Part shown: positions 13,001 through 28,000 of the stretch, in pieces
How positions within the stretch are numbered: the first letter of the stretch is position 1
How the letters are laid out: every line of letters starts with the position of its first letter
Origin: Octopus sinensis
Lineage: Eukaryota
Assembly (NCBI RefSeq): GCF_006345805.1
Contig: NC_043006.1
Location: forward strand, 71,052,001 to 71,116,000
Length of the DNA: 64,000 nucleotides
Direction: 5' to 3'
Program-made: the position numbers and the translations under genes
The notes under the pieces: model-generated
Seen by the model: the letters and a program-made list of their open reading frames with translations, nothing else
Told to the model about the DNA's origin: nothing
Database searches by the model: none

Positions 13001-16000
13001 CCCAGCAACACCACCGGTTCATTCTACACATCTGTGTAATTTTTTGCGCAATTCCACCCAGCTGTTTGACCGTGAATCCCAAGACAAGAAAGAATCACCC
13101 ATGTCAAATTTATATGTGTAGAATTTAAGAATTGTATAAAAAGTTGTTGAAATATTTTATGCATAGTAGAAGTGTATAACCAGTTTATTGCACATAAATT
13201 TTAATGGCAAAATCTTATCTGGATCCCCTAAGGGTCACATGGACCCTGATTGAGAACCACTGATTTACTCAATTGTGGGTCAATATTTGGGTGGTGGTTA
13301 GTTGCAAGGGTAACCAATATAGTGGTATTTTATCTAATAAGTGGTACGTAGATATGAGGGCAATAACTGGGTTATTTGTTGTATTTCGTAGGAGGTGGGT
13401 AGTTATAGAGGTGACTACTAGATTTGTTACAGCCTATTGGGTTGAATATTGATATAAAGGTCAACCACTTTGGAAATTTCACCATAATTTGTGCAAGTCT
13501 AGAGATCATGGTCACCCCCATGGATATTTGCATAGTATAGTTTATTATCAGTCGAGTGCTGGACTGAATAAATTCCTTGTAGTATTCATTTATGATCTTA
13601 AGGCCGATTAGGTAAATAACAAAACAATTCAGTGTCTGTTGTGTTTTTCTCCAGGGTTTGCGTGGACTCATCCTCCCACAACACCTACTCTTAACTCTGC
13701 CCCTCGCTAGTCTGAGGCATGAAATTTTGATCAGCTGAACATGAACATGTTCAGTTTATCTCCTCATCCCCAGTTGCCCCCTCATCAGTTCACCTGCAGC
13801 TTACCTGATATTTTCACTTTTTGGCTCTCTCTCTCTCCTTTTGCTTCATACACTATTATAACTGTTGCATAACATTCCTGGGTTCAAATCCTCTCGGTGT
13901 ATCTATCACGTTTCCAGGATCATTAAAATAAAGTATCAGTGATGATATTGGTGGTTAATTTAATTGACTGGCATTCTATACAGTTTGTTAGAAATTAATA
14001 TATTATTTTCTATGCAGATAATATGGTTGAATACAAATGTCTGATGGTATTTACACTGTAGAATGGTAGTTATCAGCTCATTGTTCTTGTTTCCATGGCA
14101 GCAACGGCCACTAGTATTTTTGTTCCGGTTGATGGTTGGAGAATGAGGACATAAAAGGCCGAGGTAGAGTGGTGAGCTCTTCCTTACAGGAATTGAATTC
14201 CCACGGTGCTCAGAAACCTTGAAGCGATATTTATATTTTTCTGACTCCAACACTTGACTATGATGAACATAATGAGAATTACTAACATTTGTTTCCTGGC
14301 TACTGTTTGAGAGATTTGGGGGTACAGATAGTTGGTTAATTCAACATAAAAAATATTTAGCTTAAACCTAATTGTATTGACCAGCGTGAGAAAAGCTCAA
14401 CACTAATAAGAATTGCATTCTGAATGTAAAGGGAGATAACTGAATATTATTCTAAATCATACTTTAACTGTTATGTTGTGTAATCTTAGCTTGGATGTAA
14501 TGAATGGCTGGTGTTGTCTTCCACTGGTGGTGCATACGTTTGTTTTTATTGAAATGTTTTCCTTATTTCAGTTGATGGCATTACCAAGCAGTTAGATGAG
14601 CTTGAACTCATCTCTCAGCATCGCTCCTGTACTGGAGTTCTTGCTTCCCATCCAGACAGCCGTGATCTTCACATCGACAATCTGTCCATCACATTCCATG
14701 GAGCAGAGTTACTGAGTGACACAAAGCTTGAACTCAATGTTGGTCGACGTTATGGTATAATTGGTTTAAATGGCTGTGGTAGGTCTTCACCGCTTATTTA
14801 AAAAATTTTTTTATTTCATTTTGACCTTTCAGCAAACTATTAAATGATTTGGTTTCCTTGCTTGTTAAATGGTTACCATTCAACAACATAATGTAACTAT
14901 TACTACTACTCTCAAACCAGATATAGGCATTGGAATGACTTTTGAGTAATTGTTTAACCCTTTTGTTACTGTATTTATGTTGAGATGCTCTGTGTTTCTT
15001 TCAATTACTTTAAATATAACGAAGAATTTCGTAAAATAACTTAGTTGTCATGAATCTAGTGTTAGGAATATAAATTGTGACTAAGATTTTGGTGGAAGAT
15101 TTTAACTCAAAACTTATGAAAACAAGACATTAGTACTCAGAGCCAGAGCTGGTTTCAGCCGGGTTGGTAATGAAAGGGTTAACCCTTTTGTTACTGTATT
15201 TCTAACCAAAATATGCCTCTTATGAGTTTCAATTAAATTCTAAATAATCGTAAGTTTAGACTAGTTTCATTAAACAACTGTAACTTCTTTACTTAACATA
15301 TTAATGTGATATTTGGAACACAATTGAAGAAAGGGTTCTTAATTCTGTTGCATAACTTTCGTCTCAAAGCAACTCTAATTACAGGTAAATTCAGCAAAAT
15401 ATAGAAATATTTAAATTTTGTTTAAACATCACCATAGAAAATGAGTCAACTAATATTCAATTGTATGTGCAACAAAATTTTAATAAAGAATTGTTCACAT
15501 CACTAGATTATCAGTTGAATTTCATGCAGATAAAAACAGGTAACGGTAAAATAAAATGAAATACAGGAATTTGTTTTTGAAGAAAAATAGAAAATTAAGT
15601 ACATCAACTAAATGAAATAAACTCACATACATACATGAATACACAAGAACTTGTATAATAAAGAATTCCAAAGAAATTAAATCAAAACTTGTCACTCATC
15701 TTGCAGGCAAATTAAAATTACAGGTAAATAAAAAGTAAAAACGAAGTAAATTTGAAAAAATATTTATACAATATTCACACTATTTCTATCATGGAAATTT
15801 GTAAAACATCCCACTCTACATACTGATCTCCAAATCAAGTGAAAGACATTGATTCATTAATGCTTTTTCTTAATTGGCTGACAAACTAAATCAAGACAAA
15901 GGAGAACATTGGGCCAGTTACAAATAGCAGCTAAGTCTATCTCAAACTGCACTGTTCTGCTATAAAAAAAGGAAGGATAGATTGAGTAAAGAAGACTTAG

Positions 16001-19000
16001 AATGCACATTGAAAAGAAGTTTCAATTGGCTGTCCACTGGGAGTTTGTTTTTGTTGTAGGCATTCATGGCACTGCCTTTTGTGACCATTGATTTTTTAAA
16101 AAATTTTTTTTTTAATTAAAAAAATAAATTTTTTTTTTATATTGGAATAACCTGCCCTCAACTGTGTTGCTACATCTGCTCAGAACTGCAGATGGTTGCA
16201 CTACTTGCGAGCCCCTCCTGATTTGGTATATAATATAAATGCATTTACAATGCTCATGTTTACTATATACCAAACCAGGTATCGCCACCATTTATTATCC
16301 TGTCTACCAACCAGATAACTTCATCATTTGGTTCAGCTGATCTACACCACCCATGTACCTGTTATAATCAAGGTTCACAAATGGGTTGCGATTTTCATCT
16401 ACACATGGTTGTGCACCAGTAGATAGAAAATTTATCGGCCTCTTGTTTCTGTATGAGGGTTGGTAACAGGAAGGGCATCCAGCCATGGAAAATCTACCTC
16501 AATAAACTTTGTCCAACCCATGCAAGCATAGGAAAGTGGACATTAAAATGTTGATGATAAAATATTTGGAATATGTCTTGTTTGATGTCTCTTCTGTGTG
16601 TTTGGTAATCGTGTAGCGTTAATTTTGTTAACACCTGTTTTTTCTTCTTCAGGTAAAACCTCTTTGCTGTCAGCTATCCAGCTGCGAGAGTTTCCAATTC
16701 CCAAACACATCGACACCTTTCTGTTGTGTCGCGAGATGCCGCCCAGTGACAAGTCCGCTCTCCAGTGTGTCATTGAGGTTGACACAGAACGTCTGAGATT
16801 AGAGAAAGAAGCAGAAACTTTGGCAGCTGCGGATGACTTAGGTAAGTCGGGATTTTTCTTTTTACTCTGATTTTTGTCTGCTGCGACACAAGTTAACTTG
16901 CTTGTGATTATCAGGTTTCTAACAGGCACAGATATTACTTTACATGATTGCATTCGTGTATTTCTAACTATGAAATATTTTGGTCATTTTTCAAAATGAC
17001 AAAGAGCTGGAATAAGTTTATTAACTCTTTAGCATTCAGAATATTCTGTTGAATGTATTGTTTATTTATTTTCATTGTTTTGTATAAATTGTGCATTATC
17101 TCATAGCCTTGAGACTTCAATGATGTGATTATCTTTAGAATGACATTGTAGGGTAGGTGGGAAAGAATGGATCTGGTCAGTTTGAATATAAAACCGGTAG
17201 AATATATTGGGTGGATAAGATTGGTTTAACTGCTAAAGGGTTAAAATAATCTTGGTATATTTAACTTGATGGTTAAGTTTTTGCTTGAGTCTTGAAGGTT
17301 CTTGTACAAGACTTTACTCAAGTTTGAACTCAAATGAAAAGTATAATCAGTGTATTTCATCAGAGACCCGATCAAGCACTAGAATAAGTTTAAAGAGCCT
17401 AGAGCTATCAACATGACAATAAGGCTATTTAGCTGCAGTGTGGTGTTGAAATCCTTTTTACCATAGGCACAAGTCTTGAAATTTTAGCAGAGGAGATGAG
17501 TAGATTACATCGACCCCAGTGTTTCACTGGTACTTAATTTATCAACCCTGAAAGGATGAAAGGCAAAGTCGACCTCGGAATTTGAACTCAGAACATAGGG
17601 ATGGGCAAAATACCACTAAGCATTTCATCTAGCATGCTAATGATTCTGCAAGCTTGCCATGTGGTGGTGATGAAATAATAATGAGTCGGAGGTGGCCTAT
17701 GAATGAAGTAATAGCAAGGATCTTGTACCACATTCTACTAAAACTGTCAGTTGAGTTCAACTCTATCCTCTTTTTTTTTTTTCATTTCAGAATCTCATGA
17801 CCGCCTACTGGATGTGTATGAGCGACTCGACTACATGGATGCTGACAAAGCCGATGCTCGAGCTGGCTATATTTTACATGGTCTTGGTTTCACCAAAGAG
17901 ATGCAAAGCAAAAAAGTGAAGGACTTCTCTGGAGGATGGCGTATGAGAATTGCTCTTGCTAGAGCTTTATACATCAAGCCAGCCTTGCTGATGTTGGATG
18001 AGCCTACGAATCATCTGGATTTGGATGCTTGTGTCTGGCTGGAGGAAGAACTCCGCAAGTAAGTAACTGTTGTGACCTTGGGGATTTGAGTTAGAACTGG
18101 TGGCAACTTGATACACTTTGTGAAGAGGAATGGTATGAAGTCATTGGGATAATATGCCACAAAGTGCTTGATGACTCAGTGATGGAACTTTTATGTAGTA
18201 GTAGCAGAAAACACAGGTTTTTAAAATGACCGCAGGAACTATTGAGGGAGCTTTAACTAAATTGCATTACATTTTGCTTTTAGTTTAGTGAGAGGAGTAT
18301 ATGACCTGTTTTACAGGGTGTTTGGGATTAGTTGGAGCAAGGGGATATGAGTTATTTATTATATCAATATAAATTCCTTTACTACTTAAATTCCAAACCA
18401 TTTCTGTATATAAACATGAAGTTCTTTACATCTGCCATTATTTTGTTTGTTTCAGCTACAAGAGAATATTGGTCATAATTTCCCACTCGCAGGATTTCCT
18501 CAATGGTGTTTGTACCAATATTATTCACATGCATCTTCGCAAACTGATTTACTATGGTGTGAGTCTCTTCACTGTTTTCTTCAGAAATTCCTTATTATTG
18601 CTACCACAAGCTCTCTATTGTTGGTTATTAAAAGCAGGGGACCTCATGGAACTGTTTTGTATAGACCTAATGATGTTGATTATTTTTGGTGTTCAGTTTT
18701 AGCAACAAGAATTCATAGAAAGAATAAATATAATTCTATGTAGAATTAGTCTTTTAGAACATTATTTCACATGATTATATTGTCATTTAAAGTCCATCTT
18801 TACATACAGGTATGGGTTAGACATGACTCAGAGCATCTTCCCACTTACATTCTTTGCCATCTGGTGCAAAACTAGCCTCAGAATTTATATTTCGAGTTAA
18901 TTTCCACATAATTATGACCAAAACATGTAGATGTTGCTTAGCTTCCATAGAATGTTTAATTTACGTATTAATAGTATTAGTTAAAGATAAGTTTAAAAGG

Positions 19001-22000
19001 TGTCTTACATCAAACTCTGCAAGAAGCAAAAAAAATTTTTGTATGTGTTAGTTTTTTTTATATATATATATATATAAAAAGTTGATGAGGATGTTGAAGT
19101 TTTGGCTTCTCTGCCATCATCAGACTGGTTTGCTTTGGCTCTTATATAGTTTTTGGTAGGTGGATTAATGTGAATGGGAATTAGGTGTGTTGAAAGATTG
19201 ACAGGGAAAATTGTGTAGAAAGGGTGTGGAGTATGGTGAACAATTGTAGGTAAGTTTTTATGGCATGGTGGAGACAGTTATTCTGGTTTGACTAAGAAAT
19301 TCTTTTTTTCTTAGTTCAAAGTGATACATGTTTGTATGTATGCATATAGGTATGTAGGTAGGCAGGCTGGCAGGCAAATCCATGAACAAAAAGTACAAGG
19401 AAAAAGCAAAAGTCAGTTGGGCATAACACAGTGAATATCAGATTAATGCTCAGTGAAAGTTTTAGATGGAAGTAGAATTGATGTTTCAAGCACACACACA
19501 GTAATCCCTTGCCATATCACGGTTCACCTATTGCAGTTTATTATTTAAGCCTACGTTGATTCCACCGTGTTTCGCATTTATAATAAAATATATACAAATT
19601 ATAAAAATTATACAGTAGAGTACTGTTTCTACTTCACGGGGTTTGGAACATAACACCTGTGGTAGTCAAGGGATTACTGTGCAGGTGGCACGTAAAAAGC
19701 ACCCACTACACTCGCGGAGTGGTTGGCGTTAGGAAGGGCATCCAGCTGTAGAAAAAACTGCCAGATCAGACTGGAGCCTGGGGCAGTCCCTGCTCCCCAG
19801 ACCCCGGTCAAACCGTCCAACCCGTGCTAGCGCGGAAAACGGACGTTAAACGATGATGATGATGATGATATATATATATATATCACACACATATATATCT
19901 AGAGAGAGAGAGACCTAAATGACAAAATACATGAAATTTTCACTCCAAAGCTGCAGCTGAATTTAGCTGGCTGCAATATCTAAAGAGAGCAGGGTTCAAT
20001 CCACAGGACTGGCTGATGATGTTTTAAGTAAAAGGTCTGATGTTTCACCACAGCATGTTGAATTCATGCACACAGATGCACTATCTCTTTTCTAAACAGA
20101 GTACATGATTTCAAGGCTCTCATTACTTTCATGGTGATAGTGTAGACATCAAAGTATCCTGTTTTCCAATGCACCAATACACAGCTTGTATTGGTACAAG
20201 GAAAAATGGACCAACAGAGTTTTTTTTTTTTAATTCCATTTTCTCTTTTGCATCTTTCATTATTTTCTCCAAGACTTTTTCAGGAGGTTTCTCCTTCCTT
20301 TGTCCCTTCCCATTCCTTGTCATACTTAACATCAATCTTTTCCCCTTTCTTGCCTTTCCTCTTTCTCCTTCACTATTTTCTGTTTCTTTATCATTCACCT
20401 CATATTGCACCCTCCATCGTCTTTTTCTCAACATTAATCTTTTCCCCTTTCTTGCCTCCTCTTCTTCCTCCTCCTTCACTGTTGTCTATTTCTTTATCAA
20501 TCATCTCATATTGCACATTTCATCCTTTTTTTTTTTAAAACACTTTGCTCATCATCTCTTGCTGTTGGTGCTTACTATGATCACTCTGATGGACTGAAGC
20601 CAGATTACTGTGTAGACACACACACACACACACTCTCTCTCTCTACATATGGGCTGTTGACAGCTTTGATTAAGAATTGATAGCCAATCAGAATTAACTC
20701 TTTCAAATTCTCTCAATTACAGATGTGTGTTGTGAAGGGAAATAATTTGAACAATTTAATTAATTCCGAGACTTAATTACAACTAATTTCAGTTGTGTTC
20801 CTTTTTTATATTCTGAGTTGTGTTAATATGGATATAATAATGATAATTGAGTTAATTTTGATCCAACCTATTTTGCTTGGATTCTTATTTTTACTCAAAT
20901 ATGAAACTTTCCAGGCACTTGTAAGAGTAAATACATAAACAACTTATTGGGCCATTATGGATTTATTACCCCCCCCCCCCCCACGACCACGACTCAACAA
21001 GAGGAGATACAATAGTTCAGAAGTAGTTAGGACACACTTTGTTGGGTGGATTAATCCACAGAGCATCCAGCTCTATAAACCATGCCAAAGCAGACCTCAG
21101 TAGTGCTGGTGCCGTGTAATGAAAAAAAAAAGCAGAAAGCAGACTCTGTAAAGTAGTTGGTGTTAGGAAGGGCATCCAGCCATAGAAACCATGCCAAAGT
21201 AGAGTGGAGTTTGGTGCAGTCCTCTGGTTTACCAGCTCCTGTCAAACCATCCAACCCATGCCAGCATGGAAGACACGTTAGATGATGCCTTAGAGCAAGT
21301 AAATTATTTTTCAAAAGATTTCAACAAGTTCATAATTATTATTAAACATTAGATTCTACACCCATTGGATATGTACGTCGAAGAAATTTCAAATCTACGA
21401 AAGTGTCTTTTATTATAAATATTACTATTGATACATAATAGAGGTTTCATATATATGTAGATTATATATCATCATCATCGTCGTTCTGGAGTGTACTTGA
21501 TTGCTCTGAAGTAAGGATTATGTTGCTATTATAACAAGCCATACTAATTGTCCAAAATATATAGCATCTTATCTATCATGTTATAAAGGATTCAACTGTA
21601 TGTAACAGTGTTATATCTGTAATAGATGTATGTTTGTATAACTCTTGAGTCCTGCTAACATATGCTGTCTTTGTTTAAATTAAATTTTAAAATAATGAAT
21701 TTAGTAAAATAACTCTAATTATTAAGCTGGGGTCTGGAAAAAATTAGCATAATTATAGAAGACTATAATTCAGACCACTTTAAAGCAGTAAGTTTGTCAT
21801 AAAACCTGGGATGGTCTCAGGTGGGTTAGTATCAAAAGGGTTAAAATGTTCTGTTTTCAACATATCCCTTGTTTTACTTGGTTTCTCTAACAACAACAAA
21901 CTTGTGATTTTATTTCTATTCAGCTCATCTTAACTGTTGATGCTTTTCTTCCTTCCACCAGTTGAACTAACTCCCTGTTTTCTATGTTCCAGGGCAATTT

Positions 22001-25000
22001 TGATGCTTATATACAGACAAGGAATGAAGTTGAAGAAAACCAGATGAAGAAATATAAATGGGAACAAGACCAGATAGCTCATATGAAGGTGTGTATGTCA
22101 CATTAGCTTCTTAATTTTGTTCATGCTAGACTGCTGCATTGGTGTTTGGGGTACATGTTGATGAAGACTGGCATGGGGGTACGTATAGAAGACTGATGGT
22201 GTTGTGAGTAGATCTAGAAGACTGGTATTAGTGTTGTACATATATTGGAGAGTAGTGTTTAGGATACATGTGGAGGACTGCTGTGAAGGCACATGGCTCA
22301 TTGGTTAGAGCATCAGGCTCACAATCATGAGGTAGTGAGTTTGATTCCCAGACTGGGCTGTGCATTGTGTTCTTGAGTAAGACACTTTATTTCATGTTGC
22401 TCCAGTTCACTCAGCTGGAGAAATGAGTTGCAATATCACTGGTGCCAAGTTGTATCAGCCATTGCCTTTCGCTTGGGTAACATCATTGGCGCAGAGAGGG
22501 GAGGCTGGTATACATGGGCGACTGCTGGTCTTCCACAGACAACCTTGCCTGGACTTGTGCCTCAGAGGGGAACTTTCTAGGTGCAATCCCATGGTCAGTC
22601 ATGACTGAAGAGGGTCCTCCTGTAGGTATGCTGTGGTGTTGGGGGTACATAACATTAAAGACTGGTGTTAGAAGTACCTATACTGGCTTCAAATTTTGCA
22701 CAAGGTCTGCAAGCTCAGGGAGGGGTTAAGTTGATCACACCAATCTCAGTGCTCGACTGGTGCTTATTTTATCAGCCCCAAAAGGATGAAAGGCACCCTA
22801 CTCCAGTAAATGGCTAGTACTATATTGAACCCAGAAGAATGAAAGAGTAAATTTACTTTGTGGGATTTGAACTCTGAACTTAGAAAATTAGAACAAATAC
22901 CACAAAGCATTTTTTCTGCCTCTCCAATGATTCTGACAATTCCCTGCCCTAATAATGGTTTCAAAATTTGGCAGAGGACCAGCAGTTTTTGAGGGGAGGG
23001 GAAGTCAATTGCATCAACTCCAGTACTTGATGGACTTTTATTTTATCATTCCCAAAAGGATAAAAGGCTAAGTTGACCTCAGTGGAATTTGAACTCAGAA
23101 TGTAAAGACTGATGAAATGCCGTTAATTATTTACCTGGCATGCTAATGATTCTGCCAGCTTCCCGCCTTTAGAAATACATATTGGCTACTGGTTTAGTGT
23201 TGGGTACATGTTGAAGACCACTGACTGAAATTAAGGGGCTTTTGTTAATAGTTCTCATTTGTTCCTCATACTGTAATATAATTAGTTCACAAAAGTTAAT
23301 GTAATGCTGATTAACAGTATTTTCAACTTTTGTTTCTTCATCATTGAAATGATTGTAATGAGAAATAGTAATACGGCAGGATCAATTTGATAATGATTCA
23401 GGTCTAACTTCAGATTGTGACTGTATAAAAAATCATGTCCTTCATACTTTAAACTTCTCCTTATTATTTCTTTCTTCATTTCAGAACTACATAGCTCGTT
23501 TTGGTCATGGCAGTGCCAAGTTAGCTCGGCAAGCTCAGAGCAAGGAAAAAACGTTGAAGAAGATGGTGGACAGTGGCTTAACAGAAAAAGTAATTTCTGA
23601 TAAAGTAAGTTTCCTTTTATTACCATTTAGCAAGAGACACAAGAACCCCTCACCCACCCCATTTCTGATCCTTCCTGTAATTTTTTTTTTTCATTTTGTG
23701 ATCCTTTATTTTTGGTTTTGCTTTTGGTAGCCCCAGGTCTTGCCTGACCCAGCAAACCTTTCATTTTCAGATTTTCAGTTGTGTTCCAGTAGTGATCATC
23801 CTATCTTTTGTATACCCAGGACTTCTTTCTCTAATGTATTTCTTCTTTTAAAGATGGTTATGTGTATTCAGATGGAGATTTGACTGCTATTTCTAGTTGA
23901 TTGAGTGACTTGACTGAGCATCTCTATTTGCTTTATCATTGTTACAGAAATCTTTGAATTACTCTCAGTTCATTTGATGATAAAAATTGTGAGATGAAAT
24001 GTGTGCTCAGAGAAACTGGTTTGTAAGGGTGTTGTGTATCTTATCTTTTTTCTACAACCTCATAAACTGTTATTCCATTTCCTCAAATTTCTTAGGGAAA
24101 AACAAAGAATTTGCACAGCCTCAAATTATTCTGTGATTGGACTTACTTGAAAAAATGAAGGAATTATAAAGTTTCCTGCTAAAATAAGGAATTTTATCAA
24201 ATTGTAGAAAATATTTTAAATTAAGCCATGTAATTTGAAGAGTCCTGTGGGTGTAGGACTTTCAGACAATCCTTTTATCTAAGGACTGCTGTGGTTGGTT
24301 CTATTAACCCTTTTAATGCAGAAAGCAGATATATCCATTCAATATTTTATTAAACCTTAACTGCAGAAAGCAGTTTTTTATATACTGATCTCTTTTGTTG
24401 AGGAATTTCATGTTTGAAACTGTTTTCTGTTGAGATATGTCAAGTTTACTGAGACAATGCAACTTTCAGAAAATACCAATTCTAGTTTTTGGTTGATATT
24501 TAACATCATTACTGGAATAGCTATGAAACTTAATTTTTTAATAGAAGGGTTAATGGAAAATGATCTGGCTTGGGAAATCTTTCAGCTTTAATTGGGACAA
24601 TTACATTTGAGGAAAAATTGATAATGGGGAACGTCTTGAATCTTATTTATGTGTTTGTAGTTGGATTTAATATTGTGACTGTTGGTTTGAGAGCAGTTTG
24701 GTGTGATCAGTTGCCTTTTACCAATGTTAATGGAGAATTAGAATGGTCTTTTGATGAAAATGTAATGACATCACTCTCCACTTCATGGAGGAGAGAAAGA
24801 TGTATTATAAATACTGAAATTCTAACTTGTCTTACATTTGAACCTTCTACCTTTTCTTTTCTTTCAGACATTGACATTCTTTTTTCCATCATGTGGAACT
24901 TTGCCACCTCCTATTGTCATGGTGCAACATGTCTACTTCCGCTATGCACCAGATAAGGTGAGTTATGTCCCTTCACACATTCTTTATTCTCTACCTGCGA

Positions 25001-28000
25001 AGTATAGCTTTGGTGGATTTACTGTGTGTATTCTCATTATTTTTCTGGACTGTGTGGATTTTCAATTCAAAAATTATGGGTAACTTCCAGAAGTGCAAAG
25101 GGTTATTCTCCATCTTTTATTCTCTTTCTCTCTGACTTTCATTTCATCTTGCATATTTTTATATAAACAACAAGCAAACTTAATAAAGAAACTTTAGTCA
25201 TTTGGGTTTTTAAGTTACATGAAATTTGATTTCTCATATTGAAATCACTGACTGCAAAATAACTTGTGAGAACTAAAAGGCATGTGTTAATAAATGTTAG
25301 GGGATATTGGTTTATTGCTGTGGAATTGAATCCTTTTAAGCTAGTTCAGTGCATGTAGTAAGCCATGTAATTTGATGACTCTTGTGGGTGTATAACCTTC
25401 AAACAATCCTTTTATCTAATCAGTGGCTAAATTTTCACTGGGCAACAACAGTGAAACTGTAAGTCGGTGAGAAATTAGATGTTCTGTTACCATATACATC
25501 TGTTTCGGTAGCTTTGTATTTAGTTCTCACCTGTCTTTGAACTTCTAACTGTATCTCATAATTTGTCTGTTTGCAGCCTTTTATCTATAAAAATTTGGAT
25601 TTTGGTATTGATCTTGACACCAGAGTTGCCTTGGTCGGACCGAACGGAGCTGGGAAATCAACGTTGTTAAAACTGTTATGTGGTGAGGTAAGTTGGTTTC
25701 TTATAGTATTGCTCTTGTTTTTTTCTCTCTATCTCTCTTTGATCTGTATTTATTTCCCTTTCAACATACATATAGAAAGTCTTGTCATCTGTCCAACTTT
25801 AAACATTTGACCTGTGTAAAAACAATGCAACAAAGTGTTCCCCTGAAGAATTATGGAAGCATCCACTGCAGAGGATGCATAATGGTGAAACATGTAGGGT
25901 ACAAATGATATTAACTGCCTCTTGTGTTTATCATACTTTCCCTTTACAAATATATATATTTAAATTGTTAGATTTACTCAGGATACTTGTGTAATATTAT
26001 GAGCAGTCTCGTATATATCAATGAAGTTGGGTCTGTGCAAGGGAGTTGAATGTAGTTGCTGAGGTTAGATTTCAAGATGATCTTTACATATGGTATAATG
26101 CTATCTATCAGAATAACAAAATAATGAGTTTTATAAATTGTGCCACCAAGTGGCAGTAACAGTTCCATTGGAGGAATGAACCAACTATATCAGTCTTGTA
26201 TAATTTGTTCATGTAAACTCTCTTTCTAAATAACTCTTATTTGCTTTTCCATTTTTCTCCAGCTTGTACCAAGTGAGGGATTGATTCGGCGCCATTCCCA
26301 CTTAAAGATTGGTCGTTATCACCAGGTAAACAAACAGTTTATTTTCGTATGTTTGAGAATTAGTAGTTGGTTTTTTTTATTGATGATATCTCTATAAGAA
26401 CACATTTGATAGTTGCTCCAATATGTCCGTTGGTGTTGAAAGGCGTGTCAGCTGCCATTTTGTACCTTAAAAAAACTGTTTTGTTAAAGAAACAAATGAA
26501 GGTTTCCTTGTCTTGAATTAGTAATCATGTCCTATGGTTGTCAGTAAGCTGGTTGATTTATTGGTTTGCTGTAACATTGTTTTCAAATTTTGGCACAAGG
26601 CCAGCTGTTTAGGGTTGGTGGGTAACTGATCACATCAGTTGCAGTGTTCTACTGGTACCCATCTTATTGACCCCGAAAGGAAGAAGGCAAAGTCGAGCTG
26701 GGTGGAATTTCAACTCAGAACATAAAGACTGATGAAATGCTGCATACAGGCCTGTCCCTTGTATCCCTCTTCAGCTGAGCACCCCTAATCTTGTGGGCTC
26801 GTAAGTGTTGGTGCCACGTATAAAACACCTGTGCCAGTGCTGTGTAAAAGCACCCAGTATACTCTGTAAAGTGGTTGGCATTAGGAAGGGCATCTGGCTG
26901 TAGAAACCATGCCAGAATAGACAAGGAGCCTGAACAGGCCTTCAGCTGGTCAGTTCCTGTCAAATTTTCCAATCCATGCCAGCATGGAAAACAGATGTTA
27001 AATGATGATGATACTGATAATTCTGCCAACTCACTGCCTTCAGTGTGGCTGTAATATTCCCTAGCTGGTCAGCTAGCATGACAAGCCATCAGTTATTCAT
27101 TTTGTTAAAGTTGTTCTATGGAATCTTTTTTTTTTTTGTTTGTTTGTTCAGCATCTAAGAGAAATATTAGACCTTGAGATGAGCGCTTTGGATTGGATGA
27201 TGAAGTGTTACCCAGACATTCGTGAAAAGGAGGAAATGAGGAAAATAATTGGTCGTTATGGATTGTCAGGCCAACAACAGGTATGTCCATCGTTCTTACC
27301 ACATCACCACCATTTGTGTCCCCTCTTGTTCCTTAATTTAGTCTACTGCTGATCAGTGTCTTTTCTCACCTTCTTTAGACATAATCAATCTTTGACCTTT
27401 ATATTCTCTTGCCTTCTTTCCTTTTCTTTTTTCCTTCCAAACTCCCCTCCACTCTTGCTTCTCTCTTTTCCTTCCATACTCTGCTTGCCTTTCTCTCCCC
27501 CTCCCTCTATACTCTCCCTGCTTCCTTCTCTATCCTTCCACATTCTACTCATTTTCTCTAAATCAAGTGAGTTGTTCTGTGAACCTTTATAGATCAACTG
27601 TCTTCTACATACAAATCACTTGACTGGTTCATTAGTGATGAATACTGCCTAATCTCCTTGTCACATGTGGTGTCAGAGGAAACAGAGGTCACATATGTGG
27701 CTAATGTTTGACATTATTGTGCAGTGGGCCATCTGAAATGTTCCTGTCTTGTGGTTTTTACTTAACTTTTTAACTTCTCTTGAAAGACTTATAACAATGA
27801 CAGTAGTATTACCTGAATTTATCAATATTGCTCTTCATTTCTCCAAGTTTGATAAAATAACACCAGTAATAAACTAACTCCAACAACATAATTGCCATCC
27901 CCTTACTCTCAATCGTGGCAACGTTATTGAGGTGTTACGAGTGTTTATTTTAGTATATTAGTATTGACTTTAACTTTTTCTAAAATTGTTTTGCTCAGTT

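Noticed and set aside
13933-14048. Possible box C/D snoRNA (GTGATGA..CTGA with a TATCA/TGGTA stem) in ABCF2 intron 1
   Set aside because: The kink-turn register is off, I recognised no rRNA or snRNA antisense element, and such motifs are frequent by chance in AT-rich DNA.
26141-26159. CTCF-like TGCCACCAAGTGGCAGTAA
   Set aside because: It is a single short motif match with no supporting context.
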